Of a stretch of DNA of 64,000 nucleotides, positions 10,401 to 20,836 are shown in pieces (the stretch's first letter is position 1; every line of letters begins with the position of its first letter). Source of the stretch: Vitrella brassicaformis CCMP3155 (lineage: Eukaryota > Protista > Chromerida); the NCBI GenBank assembly GCA_001179505.1, contig CDMY01000292.1, positions 62,001-126,000 on the forward strand, read 5' to 3'. The position numbers and the translations under genes are program-made. The notes beneath the pieces are model-generated. The model had not been told where the DNA came from and searched no databases. It saw nothing but the letters and a program-made list of their open reading frames with translations.

Positions 10401-12340
10401 AACCATGATGACCAGGACGTCGATCTGCCATCGAAAGAAGCGATCGCGGCACTCATGACGGCCGCCATGATGCAGCTGTCGGCCGCTCGACAGACCGGCC
10501 GGTCGTCGAGGCACCGCAGCAAGTGACGGATGCGCTGACGGAGGGCGCGGCGCTGCAGGACAGCGAGAGATATGCCGATGTGCGTGACGTCTTCACTGCT
10601 GGTCTGGCGGCCGCTGATGTGTCGACCCTCGTGGCACTGCTCTGCAACGCGGCTGCGTGTCTGCTCAAGCCCGACTTGATCAAGGAGGGAGGGCCGGATG
10701 CCGTCGGCTGTGCGGCCGCCGCCTTTCATCTGAGCTGCCTCAAGGGGCCCTGTGAGCAGCTGAGTGTCATCCAGCAGAAGACGCTCATTCGGCTGGGCCA
10801 GGGGCTGCTGGCGGAGCGGCTGTTCGACGCTGCCGATGCCGTCGTCCAGGCGCTGACCAAACATGTAAGCTGCCGATGGGACGCTCATTAGATGGTGACG
10901 ATCGTGTGGCTGTATGTGTGTGTCTTCCAGGATCTCGAGCGTCAATTGGCCACAGACGTCAACAAACTCCAAGAGCGAATCCGCACCCACGCGGCCAACG
11001 CCAGCGGAGAGTATGACTGGGCGGCCATCTACCGACAGGCAATGGGCAACGCACAGAACAAACAGAACGGCAGATCGACAACCACCGTCGACGTGGCTGA
11101 GTACGTCGGGCCTCTCGCCATCCGCCACGCCCCCGACAGCCAGCCGGCCCTCATCGCCACAGCAAAAGTCCGGCCGGGGCAGCTGCTGATTGTCGAGAAG
11201 CCCGTCGTGGTGGAGCGGCCATCGTCCTCGCAAGACAGTAGGCGAGTCGACGAGAGGCTGTTGGAGCGCCTGACATCTCAGTGTGACGTTTGGCACCCCC
11301 GGCTGGTCTCTCAGCTGTGCTGTCTGCCGCCCAGCAGGGGGCAGCCATCGGCCATAAGGGGGCCCCCCGCCCCTGAGACGTGTCTGGGGCTGCCTCCAGC
11401 CTATTTTCCCCTGGTGCCGCGGTTCATCTGGTCCGCCACCGGGGAGGAGTTCGGTTCTCCCGTGGCACAGATGGACCGTGACCCTGACCGCCTCCGCCGG
11501 CTGCTGCATTTCAACATCCGCACTGCTGACGATATCATTGACACCTCCATCCAGGGCTCGGTTCCTCCGGTGCTCATGGCAGGTGATACAATGTGAGACG
11601 AACAAATGGCTGAGGTGGATGGCTTTTCAATGGGTTTCCCCTCGGTCTTCTTCTGCTTTGCAGGGGGCCTGTGGCCGTTGGCATCGCTATTGAGCCACGG
11701 CGGACTGAGCCGCAATGCCATCTGGTAGGGACGCCAGTGACACGCAGAGATTTTGAAACCATGCGTGCAAGACCATTTATCTGATGGACACAGGTACGTT
11801 GTGGAGGAGAATGTGATGGTCGTTCGTGCTGTTCGCCCTATCGCCCGCGGCAACGAGGTCACCGTCTCCTACTGGGACCTACTTCACTTCCCATCCCAAG
11901 AGAGGGAGATAGCACGCCACTATCAGCTGCCCGAGCCCCAGTACAGCCCCCACGTCCTGTCGGTCATCGAGCAAGTGCAGCAGCGGCTGAGCTCCAAGGG
12001 CTGGCGAGAAGTGAGCGACCTGCGCGAGGTGGACGAGATGCTGCAGAGGGTGCGGGGGCTGAACATCGAGACCCTCCTGATATCGAGGCTGCTGCAGCTG
12101 CGAGCATTCATCTTCTACGAGATTTCTCGGAAGGAGGAGGCCGCCAGGGCCTTTCGTGAGGCGATCGACCACTCGCGGTCACTGCGGTCTGATGACATAT
12201 CGGACCTCTCCCTCATGGCGGCGTGCGTGCGCTTGACGAGGAGCAGCCGAGCCAGAGCGGCGATTGTGGACGAGCTGAAGAGGTCGTCTGAGCTGCTGCT
12301 GGGCACGAGCGAGGCCGCCGACATCCTCTGGCCGTCTTGA
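4439..12340 (+). CDS. Giant multidomain gene (or frameshifted pseudogene): ankyrin-like module x2, DTIGF repeat x2, TPR regions, degenerate SET domain; ~2,300 codons; three frame breaks (~5705, 8685-8703, ~10440-10523)
   Basis: Twelve phase-compatible GT-AG introns: 4529-4603, 6103-6224, 6710-6786, 7721-7797, 8222-8295, 8375-8457, 9725-9810, 9871-9962, 10096-10175, 10865-10930, 11583-11663, 11725-11793. ANK-like motifs GADVNG..PL, HGASLTARN.KG.TPL..AV; TPR AERWKDAGNALFAAEKYLDAYCSY; SET EYVGPL..ALIATAKVRPGQLLIVEKP ... GLWPLASLLSHGG..NAIW ... MVVRAVRPIARGNEVTVSY. Could alternatively be annotated as 2-4 separate genes. Confidence 0.6.
6142..6217. repeat. Perfect 38-nt tandem duplication in an intron polypyrimidine tract
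   Basis: TGCGTGCTAATCCTTGCCTTTCCCTTCTCTTCCTATGT at 6142-6179 and 6180-6217. Confidence 0.95.
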
Positions 12341-13376
12341 CTCTCTCGCCCTTGTTCCCAGGCTTGTTTGCGGGCGGAATAGGAGGGATATCGGGGGCGG
12401 TGCGTGTGTATTTGTACATGTGTCCTCATGTTCGCACTCATACTGTGAGCAGCTCGATATCGATAGCCATGTGTGTGTCTTATGCTCCGCTCTGTCTGAC
12501 TGATGTGGCGCATCAGTGGCTTGCTGGCTGGCCGATCCGTTTACTTGCCACACGACCAATGTGCCACACGACCGTGTGTCACGTCGTCATAACACACGTC
12601 GGCACATGTACATGTATGTATGTATGTGTGTGTATGTATCTGCGGGAACCAAGCGTACGTTCGAGTGCTCTCGTCTCCCTCTCCCTCTCCCTCTCTTCGT
12701 CTCTCTCTGTGTGTGTATGTCAGTGACGGGTCGATTCGTCGTTTTTGCTGCCTCCGTCTGAGTTCGCTGTTTCTGTCTGATGGGGGTGCTGCTGTTTCTC
12801 ATGAGCCCAGCAAGCCAGCCAACGACAGAAGCTTTCCCCCCGTCGAAGCGGCGCCAAATCACTGACAGTCACGCGGACAAAGACAGACAGCAGGACGAAG
12901 GTCACCGTGTGTATGCGTATGTATTTGTGTGTGTGCATGGTCGCCTCTCGATTCCACGTCTGGGCTGTGCTAGCTATATACGTGTGTGTGGGCCGAAAGT
13001 CCCTGTGCGAGACGTTTATTCAGAGAAGCCTTTTTATGTATGTCTGTAAGAGCGCGTCCTGGTCGCTCAGACAGACAGACCGAGTGGCAGACAGACACAC
13101 CGAGAGACACACAGATTGTTGGATGGATGGATGGTTCATCCATTGTCAGTGCGCGGAGATTGGGGGTTGCCTGTGTACGGGGAATACGAGTACCCCAGCC
13201 AAAACGTAAAATTGGCATGCCCTTGATGGATTTAATAGGTGTGGCAAGATGTAGGTGTGGCTCTGTGTTTATCGTCAAGGTCGGCCTCAAGCCCTTGGAG
13301 AGAATCTTGTCCTTCATTTCCCTTCATTTTGTTCCTCTTTGCTGCAGACGGCCGGTGCTTGCCGTTCCCCGGTGAG

Positions 13377-16176
13377 ATGTCCGAGGAGCCCGGTACACAC
13401 ATCGTAGTATGGGCCCCGGAGTGGGACCCTGCGCTGCAGAACGCCGATTCTCGCGGCCTGAGGGAGCTGCTCGAGCCCCAGGGCTGCTCTGAGCTCCGCA
13501 TCAGGAGCGACGACGGCAATGAGCCTGCGACAACGGAGCTGGCAGCCGGAGTCGCCTGCCGAACCATCACATCGGCTGAGGATGTCACTCGTCTGTGTCA
13601 GGAGGGGGCCGACGAGGACCTGGGCCTTGAGCTGCATCTGGGGTCGTGCCATCTGCGGCCTGTTGGATTGCTGTCCTTGGTCATCATCGACGCCATCATC
13701 GGCCAGAATACCGACGCGCGTCTGACCCTCCCTCCGTGGCCATCCCGTGAGCTGCAGCAGGCGGTGCTCGAAGCATTCCTAGCGGCCGGGGCCAATCCCA
13801 ACGGTCGGCCGGATGAAGGCTTTCGACCTCTGGAGGCGGCCCACGGGTGCGGCAAGGTCACGGCCGTCGACGTGCTGCTCAGGGCTGGTGCGGTGACCCA
13901 CGGGCTGCATCTGGCTTGCCTCAAAGACACCTGCCACATTCCGTCCCCTCCATGTCCCCAGTACGAGGCCGATCTGCTGAAAAACTATCATCGTCTGTTC
14001 GAGCACGACCCGGCGCCTGCGGACGAGGAGTACTACATCAGCGACAACAAGCAGACCCCCATCCACGTGGCCGCAGCGCACGAAGCCGAGCGGGGGGGGA
14101 TCATGTCGCATGGCTTCATATGCGCCTACCTTGCCCTGCTGGCCCAACACGGCGCTTCCCTCACTGCCAGGCAGGCAAACGGGTACACGTCCCTCGGCAC
14201 CGCCGTACTCGTGGGTGCGCCATGGGTGGCGGAGTGGCTGTGCGAGCGGCTCGGGAAGGAGGAGATCAACAAGACGCGAACAGACGTAGAGGGCGTCATG
14301 ATCTCGGTGCTGGAGCATGCCGGGCTTTTGCTGTCCGACCGTCTGAGAGACAAGGCGGCACCGGAGGCGGTCGACAGGGCCAGGCAGGTGATCCGCACAC
14401 TGCTGCAGCACGGTGCGGACATCCGGCTGGTGCGGAAAGCCTCACCACACCAGCGCTACATCCGCAAACTCGTGCAGGACATCCACAACGACATCCCCAA
14501 GCCCAGCGCCCCACTACAACAGCAGCAGCAGCAGCAGCAGAAGGAGAGTGATGCCGCCAAAGCGGCGAAGATCGCCGCTGAGCTCATCAGGGGAGAGGCG
14601 AGGGACAAGGCCAAGAAGGCCAAGAGGGGCGGCAAGAAGGGCGGCAAGGGCAGCGCACACCAGCAGCAGCAACAGCGCGAGCAGCAGCGGCCAGTATCGA
14701 TCGAGTTTGAGCCGATTGATGACGACGAGGCATCAAGCAGGTGGACTGACCCATAAATACACCAGTGGCGAGCCGATCGAGAGGAAAGCTCTGTGTTCTG
14801 TCTCTGTGTGTCGTTCGTTAGTGTGGCCACTGGTGCTGTCGAGACCGACGCAGACGAGCAGCCACCCTCCACCTCATCTGCCGACCCACAACCGTAACCA
14901 CACACAGCCACAGTGAAGCGGCCTCATTGCCTCACTGACACGCTCTCTCCCTCTCCCTCTCTGTGTGTGTGCAGTGCTGCCTCTTCATCGTCGTGTGATG
15001 TTTCATCTGCCGTCCCTGCCCCCGCCACGTCGCCTGTCGATGGTGAGGAGAGCGATGGCGAGTTCGTGCCCGTCGTCAGGGGTCGTAAGAAAAACAAAAA
15101 GCGAGACAGCACACGCCCACACCTCCAGCCAGACCAACAAGAGCCGGCCCCCACACGCCAGCATGCAGCTCTCACCCAAACACAGCCGCTCAAGTAAGCC
15201 GAATGTCATACTCACTCGGATGGCTGCCCACTCCATGTGTGCATCCGTGTGTGTTGGTGTAGTATTGGTGGTGGGCCTTTCTCGTCGTCTGCTGCACGGC
15301 GGCCTCCTGCTGGCCGTGGGCTGTTCACTCACATGCCCACCCAAACACGCGCACACCGGTACACACACACATGACAGACAGACAGAGATATGTGCATCAT
15401 CTGTGTGTCATGTTTGTGTATCGTGCTGTGTGTCAGCGGCCCCCCGCCCCTCGTCCCGATGGCTGCTATGCCGCCGTCCATGGGCTCCTCTGCATTGCCC
15501 CCCCGACCGCAGCAGCCCCCTCCCCCCGCACTTGTGCGCCCACTCGCCCCATCTGTGCGTCAGGGTGCCGATCGACCAGCAGCATCGCCCAGCACCATTG
15601 ACACCAACACGGCATTGGCACACCGGACGCCTGTATCGGCCGGCGGCAGCTCTCACGCAGAGAATGCACAGGGCGGATTTGGGACGACCACTGACGGTGC
15701 TGCCGAGCGTCTGGTGGGTCAGCTCCGCCAGCAGCTGAGCCAACAGGATCAGGAGAACGACGCGCTGATACGGCAGCTTCAAGAGGCCGAATGGAAGTGA
15801 GCCAATCGACATGAGACCGACATCCATCCATCTATCCATGTATCTCCTTCCCCGTGTGTGACACTACCCCTCAGGCTCGCCCAGGCCACCTCAGCATCTT
15901 CCAGCAGTGGCGGTGAGGATGACGCTCTGAGGTGTGACGACTGCATGGACAACTACAAGTCCATCCTGCTCATCCCGTGTGTAAGCACACACAAACAAAC
16001 ACTTTTTTTGTATGGGCGTTATCGTCTCATGTTTCTTTGGTGCCCATGTGTGTATGCAGCGCCACATCTGTCTGTGTGGTGGGTGTGCTGGCGTGTTGAT
16101 GACCCGCCCCCCCGCCGACCGTCTGTGCCCGAGGTGCCGACAGCCCATCACAGACACACAGCAGGTGTACTTGTGA
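13377..16176 (+). CDS. Ankyrin-like module + low-complexity/coiled-coil linker + C-terminal C3HC4 RING (putative E3 ubiquitin ligase)
   Basis: ORF 13239-14756 carries the ANK-like module. Downstream exons give CDDCMDNYKSILLIPC|RHICLCGGCAGVLM..CPRCRQPITDTQQVYL* (IAP/MDM2-type RING spacing). A short upstream exon is possible (acceptor near 13347). Confidence 0.85.
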
Positions 16177-17018
16177 GTGAAGTGAAGCGAAGCGGATGGC
16201 GGGGAGGGAGAGAGGAAGCCGAGGGAAGTGAAGTGTTTTGGTGGTTGTAGCGTATCTCATGTGTCAGTAGCACTCTCGTGTGAGTAGGTAGATGTTTCCG
16301 CATTGCCAGTTCCCTCTCATTTATCATGTCTCTTTTGCCTTCCGTGTGTGTGGGGGCGTGACTTAGCTGTCTGTAGCTAGCTGTTTATCGGTAATGCCGT
16401 ACCGTACACACGGACGTTTATCCATCTGTGTACTCTGTATGTAGGTATTTGTATGCATCGCACAATGAGAGTCTTTCTGTGTGTGCCACGGGCGCTTCTG
16501 CAGTCGTCGAATGAGCCTCATGGACTTTATGCGACGTACGTGGTGCAGTAGGTAGACAGACATACAGACAGGTAGGTCCTTCGAACTTTGCGTGTGAAGG
16601 TTCGTCCTCCCATTGCCACAGATGTCATATACGCTGACTGCATCGCTCTACTTACCACCCCTCTGCTGTATCCCCAGCTGGGCGTCATCGTTCTGGCAGC
16701 TGGCATGAATGTACGACGGCAGAAAATGGCACAGTGGTCCATCTACAACACCGTGAGGCTGTTCGGATGTCCTGCTTTCGCCGGAAGAAGGCAAGAGATA
16801 AGGGCAACCACGAGCTCGCGGATTCCGCCCTAACCCGTTCTATGAAACCGCTCCCCGCCATTGCCACTCTGACCTTTCTCCTCGTTTAAAGCCCTTTGCC
16901 GTCGCGCGGAATGGCCCTCAGCTGTTCCCGCAACGACTGTCGTCCCCCCTGACCAAGATCTCCGAGATGAAGCACATCTTGTTTTTCGTGACGCGACAAC
17001 ACTAACAGTGCCTGGGTG

Positions 17019-18623
17019 ATGGTGGTGGGGTGGCTGGGGAGGCCTGTAGCGGCCTGGCTGGTGCTAGCACTGGTGGCGGCAGCTGGCGGGGCGGAGGCGT
17101 CGAGCTACGTGTCGAGCTACGCTACTCGGCCTGAGGGCTGTTACTCGGCCGTGCCGGAACGGAGCTACTCGAGGAAGACTGAGTATGGCTACTCCTTCCT
17201 GCCTGAAAGTAAGCACGCACCACACGGTCGGAAAATCTCCACGAGATCAAAAGGGATGTTCTGTCTCTACTCCTCGTGCGTGCGTGTTCCAGATTACCCT
17301 CGCCCGCCAGCTGTGCCGGTCACTGAGCGCTACGCGGCCATCCCAGACAGGTACGGCAGCCTGGTGGTTGACAGCACGGGCGGCCGGAAACGTCCCACAC
17401 TCAAGAAGCGGCGACACCGACACCCGGCCTACAAGGCCCTCGTCGCAACAGACAGCCGCGCCCACTCTCACTCTTCCCGGCCTCACTACGGTGCGGTGCT
17501 CAGTGTGGCCACTGCTGACACCGAGCCCCCACAGCCGTCCTACCGCCTGTCCTCACTCATCAGCAGTGACCCAACACACCACCGAGTGGGTGGACGGCGG
17601 CGACGGAGGAGCACCGCTGCGTGGCGGCATCTGTCGGCGCCCAAGTGGCCGCTGCCCATCCCGCCGTCCCTCATCCGGACAAGGATCATGACCGGGCAGG
17701 GCCGCGGGTGCTTCTTCGTTGCTCCATGGCGAGGCGTGATGACGGGTGGTGCGTCGTCGGTGATCCCTGGCGGCGTGAGGTGGCGGCGGGCTGATGCTGA
17801 TGGATATGGTGGGCGGTTGAGTCGGCTGCAGGTGTTCGATGCTGACGTGGCACAGATGGTGGCCAATCTGAGGGAAACAATCAGGTACCTAGAGTGAGGG
17901 GAACGCACGACAAACGAGCCACGTCTGTGTGTGTGTGTGTGGTTCAGGCCCGCCCTTCTGTCACCGTTTGTGGCGATCTCTCTGGTGGCCGTGCTGCAGC
18001 TGCTGGGCTTCCCCCGCAGCCCCCCGCCCCTCACCATCAGGCGCACGCCACCTGCCCTCGACCTGTCGTTCCTCGGCCCCCTGAGAGAGGTGCCGCTCAG
18101 CCAGTGGGTCAAACTGGTGTTCTCGCTCGCCATCGACCTTGCGGGCGACTTTTCGTTCGGCCTGCCGCTTGTGGGCGAGGTGGGTGACCTGCTCTTCGCG
18201 CCAATCGCCGCATTGCTACTGAGGTAAGATGGGCGTGTGGGTGGAGAGGGGAAGGGTGGATGCATCTGTTGTGTTGTGTGATTGGGTGTGTTGGTCAGGT
18301 CGCTGTACGGCTCGTCGTTCATCGCTGGCCTTGAGCTGGCTGAGGAGGTGTTGCCCTTTACAGACATCATCCCCACGGCCACAATCGCCTGGCTGCTCCA
18401 GACCTTCTACTCGGACGCTACGTCAGCAAGACACACACAGAAGCACACAAGACAGAGAGGCAACACACGCGGCTGTGTTTCGATCAGGATAACGGAGCGT
18501 CTGGGTATCAAGCCGGTGAGAGTGGTCGACAAGCCAGGAGCCAACACCAGCAAGGAGAGTGGCAGCCCCACCTACCTGAAGACCCTGCCGGACAAGGGAG
18601 AGGAGACGGCCAAGACACGGTGA
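17019..18623 (+). CDS. Signal-peptide membrane protein with a C-terminal domain resembling an uncharacterised bacterial (Bacteroidota-type) membrane family
   Basis: Leader MVVGWLGRPVAAWLVLALVAAAGGAEA. Phase-2 introns at 17885-17947 and near 18224-18298 join SLAIDLAGDFSFGLPLVGEVGDLLFAPIAALLLR|SLYGSSFIAGLELAEEVLPFTDIIPTATIAW. Family resemblance is from recall. Confidence 0.7.
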
Positions 18624-20836
18624 CGGGATGGATGGATGGATGGATGAGAGTTTTATGTGTAGAAAGATGATAGGCAGGCGTCGCGTCAATCAACAGATGA
18701 ATATATGGAACGAGTGTTTCAAGAGTGATTGATGGTGGTTTGAAGCGATGATCAATGCGTCGATCGATGTCTCTCTCTCGGGCTGATCGATTTATACGAG
18801 AGATGTATCCCACTCGCTGGCTCACTCCACTCACTGCCTCACTGTCTCCTTCCTTGTGCATAGCGATGACCCTCTAAGGGGGTCATGTTAGTCAGGCAAC
18901 GCTTTTCCAATGCACACACACACACACACACAGACGTGCTGCGGCGAGTCTTCTTGCCGCTTCCCCTCCTCCTTCCTTCCCATTCTGCCTTCATGTTTCA
19001 CCTCCCTCGTTGTTCCTGTAGGACGACCTCTTCACCGGTCAGTGTGTCTCACTCAGCAACAGTGAGCTGCACGAGCCGGTCGGGGAGTTGCTCAGAAGGG
19101 GCACACGAAGGGGGTGAAACGGGCAAGGCGAACGAACCAGCAAGATCAGATCAGATGTTTTGTGAGAGAGAAGGCTGTATTGTATCAACACTTTTTCCTT
19201 TTGGTTGGCCCCCTTGGGGTGCGTGAGGTCCTCGTTTGACGATGGCAGGCCACGGTACTACCACTCTGCACAGAAGCTGAGTGGCGGTCAAGTCGTCTGC
19301 TGTCGTCAAGCGGGGGCCTCGCGCACACAAGACGGGGGCCCCAAGAAAAGCGAGCCAGCAGCCGCCCGCAGGTCTCGTGTCCCGACCACTTTTCCTCTTT
19401 ATCTGTCTGTCTGTCCGTCCGTCCGACTGGCTGTCTGTCTGTCTGTCTGTCTGGTTGTGACTGAGTCTTCTTCCCATGCATATCTGCAGGCCTGAAGGTG
19501 ATGGATGGATGGATGGATGGGGGGTGTACATGTGCACGGGCGGGTGGACACTGCGCGCTTTTCCAATGACAGCGGGGAGCGGAACAAGCGGCCGCTCGTG
19601 TAGCATACCATCAGTCTCGTGTACAGGCAGGGCAGACAGAGAGAGAGAGAGAGAGAGAGGAGGTATCGGTGTTGTTGTGTGTGTGGTCGTTTTGGCGAGT
19701 GTAAGATACAGGTGAGCTGAGTGTCGGTCGATCGGTCGCATTAGTAGGGGTGCCGTGCCTTCAAGTGATGGGAAGGCGTAAGTGTAAGGCCTTTTGCTTA
19801 CTGGTGCGTCTCGTTGTGGCCCTGCTCCGATGCACCACCCTCAGCGGACGCAGGCCAACAAGCAAGAAAAACAGCTCTTGCTGGTGCTGCGTGCGTTGTG
19901 GGCGTGCAGTGGGAGCAGGGACACATCCGTGAGACGAGAAAAGCTTGTGGCGGGCACACGAGTGGGTCGTTTCCGTGTCTTATGATGATCATGGTGTCTT
20001 GTAAGCTCGCGATTTTGATTATTGAGGTGGATGGATGGATGGGTGAATTCGCATGGGCGCTGGCTGGGGCCGACCCTTCGACCAGAGTTTTTGGCTTTAC
20101 CTCGCTCACCACCCACCAAACGAATTCGGCGACCAGAGAGACAGAGGCAGACAGTTTTGATTTCCCTGACGAAACAGACAGATAGACGGATGGTCCCCTT
20201 TCTTTGTCGTCTTGCTTTCCTTTCGTTCCTCGTCTCGACCTTTTGTGCGTGGGGCGTGCGTCGCTTGCATATGGACTGACAGTCAATGTGTGTATGTATG
20301 TGTGAAATGTGACGGAATTGTACCGTGTCATTGGTTGGCAGGGTGGGACCGAGTGAATGGCAAGGCGGCCCACATGGATCTGTGTGCCGTCCTGACGTCT
20401 CCATAGGCCTTCCCAAAACACTCGCTGGCCGCCCTCTCGGCAGCAAGGCAAGTGTTGACTCGCTATGGACACGCGATGGGCTGGGAATGAAGGCAAGGCA
20501 GGCCCATTCAAAACCCGGCTACCAGTTAGTTCACTTCCTTTGTCCAAGTCAACCAGACACACGTGTCCACATGCACATACACACATGCATTCACCCACAC
20601 CCCATGCTTCTGACTTCTTCTCTATGGTCTGTAGAGAAGCGGTGGTGATCATGGTAGGGTACCGGAGAGGTGACGGACACAGTGACAGTGCAAATGTAGG
20701 CGAGGCTGATGTGGGCACCACCCCGTCACATCCTCACTGCCCCCATCGCCGTCACCACACACGCCCCAACAACATCACCAGAGGGCCAAAAAATTGCACT
20801 CCGAGGAAAGAAATGAAAGGCGGGCACTTGTCGCGA

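Noticed and set aside
10361-11605. 414-aa minus-strand ORF (and similar long antisense ORFs such as 47089-48171 and 41794-42603)
   Set aside because: Shadow ORFs antisense to clear coding exons; expected from GC-rich codon usage, with no domain motifs.
16560-16870. AT-richer stretch with short ORFs, considered as ncRNA or small gene
   Set aside because: No recognisable RNA family motifs and no consistent spliced ORF.
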